From a virus (Duplodnaviria; Heunggongvirae; Uroviricota; Caudoviricetes), in the IMG/VR virus record IMGVR_UViG_3300020714_000006: a stretch of DNA of 64,000 nucleotides. The stretch is one strand, 5' to 3'. The notes beneath the pieces were generated by a model. That model ran no database searches. It was not told where the DNA came from and saw only the letters and a list, made by a program, of their open reading frames with translations. This document shows positions 14,502 through 25,253 of the stretch, piece after piece. Position 1 is the stretch's first letter. Each line of letters starts with the position of its first letter. Made by a program: the position numbers and the translations under genes.

Positions 14502-15101
14502 TTATATAATTTGGATTTTTTTACAATTTTCAAAATGCCATCTTTTAGCATTAGATGCTCCCACAACTTCCAATAAACAATATGGACAACATAATGTTTT
14601 CGCAGGTTTTGGTATTCCTTTCAAAGCTGTGGAAATTTTTAATTTAGCTTCATCTGTTACTATTCCACGTTTCCCCTTTCTTACATTTTGTCTTCCTTTT
14701 GATGAGTTACTTATCTTTTCTCTTGTTTCAACTGACATTGTTTTTCCTCTATGTTTTAATCCGCATTTTGCTGAACTTTCTGGAGTGCAGTGAAACTTAC
14801 CTCCACTATTTGATAAATTTAACCATTTTGGATTTTTTGCAGCATTTATTTTTGTTAAAAATTTATGTTCATAATTACATGCGTCGGTGGCAGATAAAAA
14901 CGTTTTTCTTATTTCGTATAAAAATACATCAGTTCCATGCAAATTAATTAAATTTTTAATGATAGATGAAGATGTGAAGTATGTTGTCCATAATTGAGAT
15001 GGGTGGCAGTTTTTTGCGTATCGAACACCGTAATATTTCTGCCCAGTTATTGTAAATGTAATACAATAAGTAAATGGTGTATAAATAGTATTGCTGGTCA
15101 T
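14502..15101 (-). CDS. putative homing endonuclease (YYGVR type, NUMOD3-like repeats)
   Basis: PFTYCI...KYYGVRYA...YFTSS; C-terminal CPYC..RWHFENC. Confidence 0.7.
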   Translation of the reverse strand: MTSNTIYTPFTYCITFTITGQKYYGVRYAKNCHPSQLWTTYFTSSSIIKNLINLHGTDVFLYEIRKTFLSATDACNYEHKFLTKINAAKNPKWLNLSNSGGKFHCTPESSAKCGLKHRGKTMSVETREKISNSSKGRQNVRKGKRGIVTDEAKLKISTALKGIPKPAKTLCCPYCLLEVVGASNAKRWHFENCKKIQII

Positions 15102-15384
15102 ATTAGTTCCTGTAATTAATGTAAGAATGATTAGAGTTAGTGAGACGGCAATCTGCGACTAACACCTTATAATGTATTTATATAAAATTCAATAAAACTT
15201 ATAAACAAAGTCCGCAATGACAACTTCTGTTGTCAAATCAAATTCAATCCCACGTTTTTTAGCAGAACTCTTTAATCTATTAATAATTTGTTTATATTCT
15301 GGTCCATTCATACAATTATTTATTGACATTTATAGTTTGATGTTATATAATTTAATTTTACTAACACATAACATAGAGATTAAC

Positions 15385-15750
15385 ATGGATAACAACAAAA
15401 TTAAAGAAATACACAGTAAAATTGAAAAATATAAACAACATATGGCTACACTACGACGTCTTAAACAAGATTTAATAGATGAAAACAACTTAGCTGAGCT
15501 TGAAAAGTGTAAAAGTAAAATTTTGCAAGTTCAAGGTAAGTTAAATGAGCTAATTGAAACATATAAGTTGCCAATGGTGTCAGAACATGCTATAATACGA
15601 TACTTAGAACGAGTTAAAGGTATTGATATTAATGAAATTAAGAATGAGATACTAACTGATAACGTAAAAACTATGATGGAGTTTTCAAATAACAAACATA
15701 TTACTGTAAAACGTGGTGATCATACTCTAGTGATAGAAAAAACACTGTAG
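15385..15750 (+). CDS. hypothetical coiled-coil protein (start corrected)
   Basis: ATG 15385 after GAGA and a sigma70 promoter; VSEHAIIRYLERV motif. Confidence 0.55.
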   Translation: MDNNKIKEIHSKIEKYKQHMATLRRLKQDLIDENNLAELEKCKSKILQVQGKLNELIETYKLPMVSEHAIIRYLERVKGIDINEIKNEILTDNVKTMMEFSNNKHITVKRGDHTLVIEKTL

Positions 15751-15778
15751 TAACAGTAATACCAGCTTAGGGACATAT

Positions 15779-16030
15779 ATGACTAGTGTAATAATAGAAT
15801 TTGATAAATTAAAACCACCAAAATTTTGGATTAATATTCAAAATTATATAGAAAATAAACATCCAGATAATTATGATATGTATAAAATGCTTCTTACAGC
15901 TGAATTAAGACGATATGATGGTCTACTAAACCCATTATTTGCATCTAATTACAATATGAACACTTTATATTTTAATAATAAACGTGGATATGATGCATTT
16001 GTTACTAAATGGAGTACACATAAACGATGA
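15779..16030 (+). CDS. hypothetical protein
   Basis: ORF track. Confidence 0.5.
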   Translation: MTSVIIEFDKLKPPKFWINIQNYIENKHPDNYDMYKMLLTAELRRYDGLLNPLFASNYNMNTLYFNNKRGYDAFVTKWSTHKR

Positions 16031-16566
16031 AAACTTGGATAGGCAGTGATTTCCATTTTGGACATAAGAAAATTATGACTTTTTGTCCTAATACACGTGT
16101 ATATGATGACGTAACTCATATGAATGAATCAATGGTAGTAGACTGGAATACCATGGTTGACCCAGAAGACCTTGTATATATGTTGGGAGATATTGCTTTT
16201 CTATCAGTTGCACAGGCAGTTGGCTATATTTCACGATTAAATGGACGAAAAATACTAATAATTGGTAATCACGATCACATTTTATTAACACATCAACAAT
16301 TTCGTGATTGTTTTGAAGAAATACACCAATATTTGGAAATAAAATATAATGGTAGAGATATTGTTATGTTTCATTACCCTATATGTGAATGGGCTAAAAT
16401 GCATTATGGTAGTGTTCATTTCTATGGTCATTTACATGATAAGGTAAGTGGATTAGAACAGTACCGTGCACGAAATGTTGGTATGGATACAACTGGTAGT
16501 ATTTTAACACTTCTCGATGATGCAATTAATGATGCATTGTCAGGACAAATTAAACAACATCATTAA
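16027..16566 (+). CDS. calcineurin-like metallophosphoesterase
   Basis: SDFHFGH, LGD, GNHD, HYP, GHLH. Confidence 0.9.
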   Translation: MKTWIGSDFHFGHKKIMTFCPNTRVYDDVTHMNESMVVDWNTMVDPEDLVYMLGDIAFLSVAQAVGYISRLNGRKILIIGNHDHILLTHQQFRDCFEEIHQYLEIKYNGRDIVMFHYPICEWAKMHYGSVHFYGHLHDKVSGLEQYRARNVGMDTTGSILTLLDDAINDALSGQIKQHH

Positions 16567-16583
16567 ATTAACAGGAAAAAACA

Positions 16584-16793
16584 ATGAAAAATTTATATGA
16601 GGTAGCATTTATTAAAATAATATCAATCATAGCAGCCGCATTTCTACTTAGCTTGGTGATGTCATATCCATTGATGTTATTATGGAATGGCTGCTTAGTA
16701 CCAGCGTTTTCTTTACTTAGTGAAGTTTCTTGGTTGCAAATGTGGGGTATTACATTTCTAATTCAATCATTGTGTAAAACTAGCAACAAATAG
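16584..16793 (+). CDS. small membrane protein
   Basis: hydrophobic, LLWN...WLQMWGI. Confidence 0.55.
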   Translation: MKNLYEVAFIKIISIIAAAFLLSLVMSYPLMLLWNGCLVPAFSLLSEVSWLQMWGITFLIQSLCKTSNK

Positions 16794-16801
16794 GAAATAA
16801 A

Positions 16802-17683
16802 ATGGATCGAAATTTATTAAAACAATTTGTAATAGATAATCCAAATTTAGTAACTATGAAAGAATCATCATATCCAGGTGTTTATGTCTTAAAATACAAG
16901 AAAAAAGTATTTTATGACAATTTATGGAATGAATATTTAGAAGAATGCCGTGGAACATTAGTTGATGATGATTTCAACATTGTTTCATATCCATTCACTA
17001 AAATTTATAATTATGGGGTTGAATCAAAGTCGCCTGTATTAGAACCAGATACTATTGTTGATGCATATCGTAAAATTAATGGATTTATGGTATCTGTAAC
17101 TTGGTATAATGATGATATATTAGTATCAACTACTGGAACTACAGATTCTGATTTTGTCACAATGGCGCGTGAAATAATTGAACCAACAATAGAAAAATAT
17201 CGTGAAACTTGTAAAATGCTTCCAGAATATACTTTTATATTTGAATGTGTTCATAGAAATGATCCACATATTATTCCAGAACACGAAGGAATGTATTTTC
17301 TTGGGTGTCGAATTAAATTATATGGTTCAAAAATTGAAAGACCAGTCAATATTGACTTTGGATGTTTTGATGTTGAAAAAACTAGTTGCACCATTACTGA
17401 ATTATTGAATACAATTAAAACTGTTAAACATGAAGGTTTTGTATTCTATACAAGTGATGGAATAAGTGCCAAAATCAAAAGTCCTTATTATTTGGTTAAA
17501 AAGTTTGTAGCTCGTAATAAGAATACAACTAAGCTAATGGCACATAATGTAAAAGAAAAAGTTGATGAAGAATATTATCCATTAATTGACCATATTCAAT
17601 CAAATATTGAAGAATTTACATTATTAGATGAGCAATCCCGCTTAGAATTGGTTAGAAACTTCTTAGAATACTATGAAAATTAA
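16802..17683 (+). CDS. RNA ligase, T4 Rnl1-like
   Basis: ECRG...YPFTKIYNYG, motif I KING, TFIFE, EGFV, KIKS. Confidence 0.8.
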   Translation: MDRNLLKQFVIDNPNLVTMKESSYPGVYVLKYKKKVFYDNLWNEYLEECRGTLVDDDFNIVSYPFTKIYNYGVESKSPVLEPDTIVDAYRKINGFMVSVTWYNDDILVSTTGTTDSDFVTMAREIIEPTIEKYRETCKMLPEYTFIFECVHRNDPHIIPEHEGMYFLGCRIKLYGSKIERPVNIDFGCFDVEKTSCTITELLNTIKTVKHEGFVFYTSDGISAKIKSPYYLVKKFVARNKNTTKLMAHNVKEKVDEEYYPLIDHIQSNIEEFTLLDEQSRLELVRNFLEYYEN

Positions 17684-17915
17684 TATTGTATTAAAATGGG
17701 TTGCATGTGCAGTAACATTAGTTGCTGCACTTCTTACCAGCTTTCAAATATATCCTTTAAACATATATATGTTAAATGCTGGTTCATTCTTATATATGAT
17801 ATGGAGTATACGGGTTAAAGAACTTAATTTGGTTCTTGTGAATGCCGGATTATTAATAATTTATTTTATCGGCGCATTAAAAAGCTTCTTGACTTTATCT
17901 ATAAATGCTATATAA
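17673..17915 (+). CDS. small membrane protein
   Basis: three hydrophobic segments. Confidence 0.55.
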   Translation: MKINIVLKWVACAVTLVAALLTSFQIYPLNIYMLNAGSFLYMIWSIRVKELNLVLVNAGLLIIYFIGALKSFLTLSINAI

Positions 17916-17930
17916 TATAAATGAATCAAT

Positions 17931-18461
17931 ATGACAAAAATATTAACTATAAGCCCAGAAAAAGGGTCATTTATAAAAACTAACAGGATAAAACAATTAA
18001 TGGAAGAAGGAAAAGATCCCAATGAAGATGAATATCTTAATTCAATTTTAAGCTTGGAACAACAAAAGATTGAAAGAGAAAATGATGTAGAATGGCAAAA
18101 AAATAATTTAGAATATGACTTGCGTTCAACTGAATGGATCATTGACAAAGTAAAAAAATCTGATACATATGCACAAAATTTATATGCTGCATTATGCAAT
18201 AATGAATTTATTCAACCAGATAATACTTGGGATATTCTTAAAGAACAATATTGGGGTTGCAGTTGGCGATATGCCGGTGGAATAATTTCAGATATTCAAG
18301 AAAAAGGTGATTATATTGATTGGTATTGTTCTGGATTTAGATCAGACACTGCATTTGTTAATGGATTTGTTAGTGAAAGTATAATTACTGAAGAAGTTAA
18401 AAATGATCTTAAAAAAATAGGATGGGTAGTAATACCAAATAAAGATAATGACAGTATATAA
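17931..18461 (+). CDS. hypothetical phage protein
   Basis: YAQNLYAALCNN, SWRYAGG, DYIDWYCSG. Confidence 0.6.
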   Translation: MTKILTISPEKGSFIKTNRIKQLMEEGKDPNEDEYLNSILSLEQQKIERENDVEWQKNNLEYDLRSTEWIIDKVKKSDTYAQNLYAALCNNEFIQPDNTWDILKEQYWGCSWRYAGGIISDIQEKGDYIDWYCSGFRSDTAFVNGFVSESIITEEVKNDLKKIGWVVIPNKDNDSI

Positions 18462-18615
18462 AGTAGAAGATATCTTCACTGATATACCAGATGACCCTGA
18501 TAATATTCTGATGAAGATACCAGAGGAAATCTGTAAACAACTTGGATTAAACCCAGGTGATAACGTAACAATTAAATTGGAGGATGGTGGATTAATAATC
18601 CAGAAAAATGAGTAA
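18448..18615 (+). CDS. AbrB/MazE/SpoVT-like small DNA-binding protein
   Basis: hand-translated 55 aa: MKIPEEICKQLGLNPGDNVTIKLEDGGLII. Confidence 0.6.
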   Translation: MTVYKVEDIFTDIPDDPDNILMKIPEEICKQLGLNPGDNVTIKLEDGGLIIQKNE

Positions 18616-18826
18616 ATCAGATATGATAGAAATGACCGGAAAGGTCAATGATGTATTACCAGGTAATATGTTTAAGGTACAAGTAGAAAATACTGACCAT
18701 ATATTATTATGCTACTTAGGTGGTAAACTAAAACAGCATAAAATACGTGTTATACAAGGTGATTCAGTTAAAGTTGAAGTAAGCCCGTATGATTTAACAC
18801 GTGGTCGAGTAACATATAGGTTATAA
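18608..18826 (+). CDS. infA: translation initiation factor IF-1
   Basis: MSKSDMIEM.G.V...LP..MF.V, GD.V.VEVSPYDLTRGRVTYR. Confidence 0.92.
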   Translation: MSKSDMIEMTGKVNDVLPGNMFKVQVENTDHILLCYLGGKLKQHKIRVIQGDSVKVEVSPYDLTRGRVTYRL

Positions 18827-18827
18827 T

Positions 18828-19667
18828 ATGAAAATTACTGTAATAAGTGATTTACATCTTGAATTTAGTACACTTAAAATAGAAAACAGTCAAGAAGCAG
18901 ATGTATTAATACTTTCTGGTGATATTCTTATGGCTGAAATTTTACATGAATACCCTGTAACTTTAACAGAACTTTCTCTTAATGCAATTAGACATTCTAA
19001 AGCTATTAAATTTAGAGAATTCTTACAATCATGCTCTGACAAATTTAAAAATGTAGTGTATGTAGCAGGAAACCATGAATTTTATAGTGGCAAATTTTAT
19101 TCTGGATTGGATTATTTAAAAGAAGAATGTTTAAAATATCCAAACATACATTTCTTAGAAAATAAATCAGTTATTATAGATGATGTTATATTTATAGGGG
19201 CGACATTATGGACAGATTGTCACAAAGAAGATCCACTTACCATGTACCATTTACCATATCTAATGAATGACTACGTTACTATAAAAAATGATAATGCTGA
19301 TTATAGAAAATTAAGAATATCTGATACAATCAATCGTCATAAAAATTCTTTAGCTTATATAGAAAATGCTGTAAAAAATGCGCCATCTGATAAAAAAGTA
19401 GTAGTGGTAACACATCATTCACCAAGTTATTTAAGTATAAGTGAGAAATATAAAAAAGATCATGAAATGAATGGTGGATACCATAGTGATTTATCTAGCT
19501 TTATTTTGGATAATCCAAACATCTTACTATGGACTTTTGGTCATACCCATGAAGTATTAGATTATAAAATAGGAACTACCCGACTAGTATGTAATCCTCG
19601 TGGGTATGAAGGTGATTCATACAATGAACGTACAGGTTGGAATCCTAATCTTTTACTGGAGATATAA
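18828..19667 (+). CDS. metallophosphoesterase
   Basis: SDLHLE, GD, GNHE, THH.P, GHTH, NPRGY. Confidence 0.88.
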   Translation: MKITVISDLHLEFSTLKIENSQEADVLILSGDILMAEILHEYPVTLTELSLNAIRHSKAIKFREFLQSCSDKFKNVVYVAGNHEFYSGKFYSGLDYLKEECLKYPNIHFLENKSVIIDDVIFIGATLWTDCHKEDPLTMYHLPYLMNDYVTIKNDNADYRKLRISDTINRHKNSLAYIENAVKNAPSDKKVVVVTHHSPSYLSISEKYKKDHEMNGGYHSDLSSFILDNPNILLWTFGHTHEVLDYKIGTTRLVCNPRGYEGDSYNERTGWNPNLLLEI

Positions 19668-19906
19668 ATGACTAACGAACTCAGTATAAGTAACATGATA
19701 CGACAAACAGCATTTGATACTGCAGATTTTTATGCAAAAGTCGCCGACCATATTGAACAGTTAGAAGAAACTATTGAAGTTCTTAAACACAAAATAGACG
19801 AACAAAATAAATTATTGAATGCAGAAGTAGATGATTTAAAATAATCATTGACAACTCACACAATATAAACTATAATACACACAACTTAAACACAAGAGGA
19901 AATAAA

Positions 19907-20491
19907 ATGCCAGCATTGATACCAATGGTAGTTGAACAAGAAGCACGCGGTGAACGTTCTTATGACATCTATAGTCGATTATTAAAAGATCGAATTATTA
20001 TGTTAGATACAGATGTAAATGAACATTCAGCAAGTATTATAGTTGCGCAGTTGTTATTCTTAGAAAGTCAATCTAATGATGAGATTCAATTCTATATTAA
20101 TAGCCCAGGTGGCAGCGTGACAAGTGGGTTAGGTATTCTAGACACGATGGATTTCATAAAACCGGATATTTGTACTATAGTGATAGGAACTGCCTGTTCT
20201 ATGGGTTCATTGCTAGCTAGTTCTGGAACACCTGGGAAGCGTTTTATTCTTCCTAGATCGAGCCATATGATACATTCAGTTTCAGGAGGGTCGCGTGGAA
20301 CTGTATGGGATGCTGAAATTCAAATGGAAGAAATGGTGAGATTAAATAATCTTTTAACTGAAATTTATGCTAAAAATACTGGAAAAACAGTTGAAGAATT
20401 GAAACAGGCAATGGCTAGAGATAATTATATGGATGCCAACTCCTCAGTTGCATTTGGGTTAGCTGACAAGGTATTGACATCCAGAATTTAA
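19907..20491 (+). CDS. clpP: ATP-dependent Clp protease proteolytic subunit
   Basis: [28 protein letters not shown]. Confidence 0.95.
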   Translation: MPALIPMVVEQEARGERSYDIYSRLLKDRIIMLDTDVNEHSASIIVAQLLFLESQSNDEIQFYINSPGGSVTSGLGILDTMDFIKPDICTIVIGTACSMGSLLASSGTPGKRFILPRSSHMIHSVSGGSRGTVWDAEIQMEEMVRLNNLLTEIYAKNTGKTVEELKQAMARDNYMDANSSVAFGLADKVLTSRI

Positions 20492-21455
20492 CACTATTAT
20501 TTAATTTACATTTTGGCCCATGATATCTTCTATAAGTATTATGGGTCACTTGTTTATTACATAATTCACAAACCCTACCTTCTATAAATCCTTCTATTGG
20601 TACAACACTCTGAATAGTATTCACACCGTCAGTATACCATTTAGGTTTATTATATCTACCAGGCCAAAAACCCAATGGGATATCATCATTAGTTTTGACC
20701 ATTTTATTAATACTTCCATTTGTATACCATTTAAATGAATTATACGTTCTCTTATTTTTTAATATACCGCTACCATATGAATGCCCATTAAACCACCCAT
20801 CTGGACATTCGAAACTTAAAATAGAATCAGTACCGTTCGTATACCATCTTTTTCCATGAATATATACTTTTTTCAGTGTATCACTTATTTTTTTATTTGT
20901 TTCTGAACTGGATGGTAATCTTCCTGGTTTAAATCCTTGTGGGATGTTAGTGGGTAATACTAATCGTTGATGTATTCCATCATTACACCATATGTATCCT
21001 TTTACAGTTTTTGTTTGTTTTGGGAATGGATTAAATAATCTACCATCTATAAATCCATTTGGACAGATGTGACAATGACGTTCTTCTTTACCATTATTAA
21101 ACCATCTTTTATTTTTATTAATTTCTCGCACCCGTGCTATACCTTCAACGGTGCTCTTAAACCGCTTTTTATTATTATTAGATACATGTTTATTTAATAA
21201 AAGAGGATCACCCCAATTTTCAAGAATTGTTGAGTTTTCATAATCATATGATTCTTCTGGGTTCTTGGATTTAAACAAAATTTCTATATTATATTCATGA
21301 ATATTTGATTTATTTATATACGAAGAAGAAGTAAAATAATGTATACCTATATCATCTTCAGGGTGAATTTTTAATGCAATATTGGCATATCTATATCCAA
21401 TATAAAATTTGTTAGATTTTTGGTGTGTCAATCTATACACGTATGATAAATACAT
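20415..21455 (-). CDS. GIY-YIG-type putative homing endonuclease with repeated WYTNG motifs
   Basis: YVYRL...FYIGYR...YFTSS; repeats of W(Y/F)xxG...P.GF..GR; start set by the shared leader. Confidence 0.7.
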   Translation of the reverse strand: MYLSYVYRLTHQKSNKFYIGYRYANIALKIHPEDDIGIHYFTSSSYINKSNIHEYNIEILFKSKNPEESYDYENSTILENWGDPLLLNKHVSNNNKKRFKSTVEGIARVREINKNKRWFNNGKEERHCHICPNGFIDGRLFNPFPKQTKTVKGYIWCNDGIHQRLVLPTNIPQGFKPGRLPSSSETNKKISDTLKKVYIHGKRWYTNGTDSILSFECPDGWFNGHSYGSGILKNKRTYNSFKWYTNGSINKMVKTNDDIPLGFWPGRYNKPKWYTDGVNTIQSVVPIEGFIEGRVCELCNKQVTHNTYRRYHGPKCKLNNSVKFWMSIPCQLTQMQLRSWHPYNYL

Positions 21456-21673
21456 AGCTGTGACTCCGACAAGTTGTAGAGTAGTTGGGAACCCCACGTT
21501 CCGTGAACTACATCTTTATTTATCAAAAATCATATAATTTCGATTGACAAAATAAATTATATCTAGTATAATATGATTTTTAATCAAATTGGAACGAATT
21601 ATGAATATATCAATATCTAATATCTCAAATAGGGATACAACATCATTAAAAATAGTTAAAAAGAGGGTATAAT

Positions 21674-21832
21674 ATGTTGTTGTTTTTATGGTTTGCACTA
21701 TGTATTGCTGTTGCAGTAGGTGCTAATAATAGAGGTCGGAATGGCCTTGGTTGGTTTGTTCTTGGTTTAATATTTTCACCGGTGATTGCTGGTATATTTT
21801 TAATGATACTAGGTGTATCAAAAGAGAATTGA
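21674..21832 (+). CDS. small two-TM membrane protein
   Basis: MLLFLWFALCIAVAVGANNRGRNGLGWFVLGLIFSPVIAGIFLMILG; GAGGG RBS; TGATG coupling to ligase. Confidence 0.55.
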   Translation: MLLFLWFALCIAVAVGANNRGRNGLGWFVLGLIFSPVIAGIFLMILGVSKEN

Positions 21833-23145
21833 TGAAAGAACCTTGGGAAGTTATATCTTTACTAGAAGCAGACAATAGTAGATTAGCAAAAAAAAGTATT
21901 ATCTGCACAGAAATAATATCATCAAATGATATATTTTTTAATGGATGTAAACTAGCATTAGATGCTATGATTACATTTGGTATTAAAAAAGTTCCTGAAA
22001 AAACTGAAGATACTGGACCTGGGTTATCGTGGGACGATTTCTTAAATGTTGCTAATACATTTATTAATCGTTCCTGTACTGGCAATGCTTCTAAAGATGC
22101 AGTAATTCAACTAATGGAAACTGCAACACAAGAACAATGGAATAAGTGGTATCGTAGAATACTTATTAAGGATCTGCGATGTGGAGTTAGTATAAAAACA
22201 CTAAACAACACAACTAAAAAGTATCCACAATACCAAGTTCCTGTGTTTACTTGCCAACTTGCACAAGATAGTATAAAATATGAGTCTAAAGTATGTGGAA
22301 AAAAACTTATTGATATCAAAATGGATGGGGTTCGTGTTATTACTATCGTTTATCCTACTGGTAAGGTTAATCATTTTAGTAGAAATGGTAAAGAATTGTT
22401 CAATTTTGAACATATAAAACAACAATTTTCTTTTGCAGCTTCTAAATTTACAGAACCAATGGTATTTGATGGTGAAGTAATGAGTTCATCTTTTCAAGAT
22501 ATGATGAAACAACTGTATAGAAAAGAGAATGTTTTAACAAACGATGCAGTTCTGTATTTATTTGATATGCTTACCTTAGCAGACTTTGAAAAAGGTATTT
22601 GTAAAATACCACAAGAAAAACGTTCTGAAAATCTAACAAATTGGTTTCAAGATAAGTTATTTTTGCAAATGTTAAATGTGCGAGTGATTAAACAAGAATT
22701 AGTTGACTTAGATACAAACGAAGGATATAGTAGATTACTTGAAATTAATAAAACTGCAATTGATGGTGGGTATGAAGGGATAATGATAAAAGATCCATTG
22801 GCACCATATGAATGCAAGAGAACATTTTCATGGCTCAAACTTAAACCATTTATTGAAATAACTTTGGAGGTAATTGGTGTTTATGAAGGAAAAGACAAAA
22901 ATACAGGGCTACTGGGTGGATTTATCTGTTCAGGAAAAGATGATGGAAGGCAGATTACCGTTAACGTTGGTGGGGGGTTTAATGATAATAATAGATCTAC
23001 TTTTTGGGAATCCCGTAATGAAATTATTGGTCAGCTTGTTGAGGTAAGAGCTGACGGAATAACGCAAAATCAAGATGAGACATACAGTTTGAGGTTTCCA
23101 CGCTTTAAAAGTTTCAGAGGATTTGAACCAGGTGAAAAACTATGA
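21832..23145 (+). CDS. ATP-dependent DNA ligase
   Basis: KMDGVR, FDGE, EGIMIK, WLKLKP, LRFPRF. Confidence 0.93.
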   Translation: MKEPWEVISLLEADNSRLAKKSIICTEIISSNDIFFNGCKLALDAMITFGIKKVPEKTEDTGPGLSWDDFLNVANTFINRSCTGNASKDAVIQLMETATQEQWNKWYRRILIKDLRCGVSIKTLNNTTKKYPQYQVPVFTCQLAQDSIKYESKVCGKKLIDIKMDGVRVITIVYPTGKVNHFSRNGKELFNFEHIKQQFSFAASKFTEPMVFDGEVMSSSFQDMMKQLYRKENVLTNDAVLYLFDMLTLADFEKGICKIPQEKRSENLTNWFQDKLFLQMLNVRVIKQELVDLDTNEGYSRLLEINKTAIDGGYEGIMIKDPLAPYECKRTFSWLKLKPFIEITLEVIGVYEGKDKNTGLLGGFICSGKDDGRQITVNVGGGFNDNNRSTFWESRNEIIGQLVEVRADGITQNQDETYSLRFPRFKSFRGFEPGEKL

Positions 23146-23490
23146 ATGCAAAAGAAAATACATTTAGAGCATTAGAAGGTAAAACATTATTAGTTAAAAG
23201 TTGGAAATGCTCGGTTAAATGGCATAAATGGACAATGTGGATGGAAGCAAAAGAACATACTACAGAGTATTATCGTTCACGTACACAAAAACGATATTGT
23301 ATAAACTGTAATTTACGAGAAGACCTATAATGAATAATGTCGAATGCCCAATATGTGGTGCTAGGATGTTATTGTTTACATCACTCAATGTAAAAATATG
23401 CGTAGATTGTTGTAAAGAATTTGACTGGCAATTAAAACCAAAACAACAACCACTAATAAAATATCAACGATAAATTCAATAAGGACATGG

Positions 23491-23811
23491 ATGTCTATAA
23501 TAAAACCAATCACATCAAAATCAAGAATATTATCTGCACAATTTAGTGTAGAACCAATAATAGATATTGATCCATTGTCAACAGAAATGGCAGATCAAAT
23601 TAGCAAAGAAATCGATAAAGAAATAATATTTGATTTACACAAACTAAATTTAAACTGGCAGTTTGTAGAATTACCGGAATCGTGTATAGAACCCGATGTA
23701 AAAGAATGGTGTGAACAAAATTTAAAAGGAAAATACATCAACCATTATTCAAAATGGCTGATAGAACAACAAGAAGACGCTACTTGGTTTATACTAAGAT
23801 GGGTTAATTAA
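23491..23811 (+). CDS. hypothetical phage protein
   Basis: ORF track; C-terminal DATWFILRW motif. Confidence 0.55.
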   Translation: MSIIKPITSKSRILSAQFSVEPIIDIDPLSTEMADQISKEIDKEIIFDLHKLNLNWQFVELPESCIEPDVKEWCEQNLKGKYINHYSKWLIEQQEDATWFILRWVN

Positions 23812-23859
23812 CAACAATAGGAATACAAATGAATAATACTCGATAATAACTTTATACAA

Positions 23860-24786
23860 TTATTTTAACTTTTTATATTTTCTAGTTATTCGTTTTGGAT
23901 TTTCTTTACATGATTTAACATGTCTAGTGATTCCTGTACCTTGTCCAAACAGTTGATGACAAAATGGACATGATTCTTTTTCAATTAATTTACCTGTTAA
24001 TGGATTCGCAATTTTATTTGGGTTATGCAAACATCTAGATTCGTGTGCCTTTATGTTATTAGTCGCAATATTTGATGAACAAAACTTACAACTAACAATT
24101 GCAGGTTTTGATTTAACTAATGGGGGTTTTTTATTAGGATTGTGAGTACAATAATAGGTTTCGTGAAATACGATACCATTACCAATTGAAAATAATTTAT
24201 TACAGTATTTACATGGAGCCTTTGTAATTTTTTTCCCGGCATATTTATGAATTTTCTTATTAGGGTTGTTAATGCAAAACATTTCATGAAGCAAAATTGC
24301 ACTATTTTTTGCAAAATGTTCTCCGCAAAATTTACATTGTGTTGTTTCATATACTTTTCCAAGCGGTCCCCAATTATTTGCTCCACTGGTTTTATTCATC
24401 AATATTCCAGTATGAATATCAATTCTACCATAATGATTTATTAAAATAATTTCATAATTGGTAGCAGTATCTTTTGTAATATTATCAGAAAAAATTACAA
24501 TTAATGATGGGTCTGGTGTTTTTACATTATTATGTTTTTCAGATGGTCTATTAGATCTTCCTTCTCCAATATAATATAAACTACCAGAGGGGCCGTATTC
24601 ATCATCGTGTTCACGTAAATACCCATATACACAACACCCAGAAAGTTGTTTGATATGTGTTAATAATGTAGGATTTAGATAATTTTTTATATATTCTGGT
24701 AGATTACTTATATCCTCTACAAATAAATTTTGAGGTTGATTGACAGAATCGATTTCATGTGGTAAAATATGTTTACTAAATAACAT
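23860..24786 (-). CDS. GIY-YIG putative homing endonuclease with tandem Zn-finger repeats
   Basis: VYGY...YYIGEG...R; four CxxC...H..C..NP repeats. Confidence 0.7.
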   Translation of the reverse strand: MLFSKHILPHEIDSVNQPQNLFVEDISNLPEYIKNYLNPTLLTHIKQLSGCCVYGYLREHDDEYGPSGSLYYIGEGRSNRPSEKHNNVKTPDPSLIVIFSDNITKDTATNYEIILINHYGRIDIHTGILMNKTSGANNWGPLGKVYETTQCKFCGEHFAKNSAILLHEMFCINNPNKKIHKYAGKKITKAPCKYCNKLFSIGNGIVFHETYYCTHNPNKKPPLVKSKPAIVSCKFCSSNIATNNIKAHESRCLHNPNKIANPLTGKLIEKESCPFCHQLFGQGTGITRHVKSCKENPKRITRKYKKLK

Positions 24787-24876
24787 TGTTGATGCTCCTT
24801 CAAAGCATTAAAGTGGTTGGGAATTGGTAGTTCCGTGAACCACACTTATTTATCTACTTAAACAAAAGGAATACAA

Positions 24877-25248
24877 ATGAACAATTCAATATTTGAAGAT
24901 CAACGTAAGTTTATGCAAGCGAGTGATCAAACAGTTGACAAATACAATGAAGGACAGTATAATCTATACTACAACTTAATTAAAGAAGAAGTGCAAGAAT
25001 TAAAAGAAGCTTTTGAAGCAGACGATAAAGTTGAAGTTCTTGATGCGCTTCTTGATATTATTGTGGTATCCATTGGTATGGCGTATTCTGCTGGTTTTGA
25101 TATTGAAGGTGCGTGGAATGAAGTTATTCGTTCTAATATGAGTAAAGTAGACCCAGAAACTGGTAAAGTATTAAAAAGAGAAGATGGAAAAGTATTAAAA
25201 CCGGCTACCTTTTCAGCACCTAATTTAACCCCATTCTTAGTAAGGTAA
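24877..25248 (+). CDS. MazG-like / PRA-PH nucleoside triphosphate pyrophosphohydrolase
   Basis: LIKEEVQEL, DALLD, SNMSK, DGKVLKP. Confidence 0.8.
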   Translation: MNNSIFEDQRKFMQASDQTVDKYNEGQYNLYYNLIKEEVQELKEAFEADDKVEVLDALLDIIVVSIGMAYSAGFDIEGAWNEVIRSNMSKVDPETGKVLKREDGKVLKPATFSAPNLTPFLVR

Positions 25249-25253
25249 TAAAT

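Noticed and set aside
15189-15311. 40-codon minus-strand ORF with AKKRGIEFDLT
   Set aside because: Looks like a remnant of an endonuclease-associated motif; too short to call a gene
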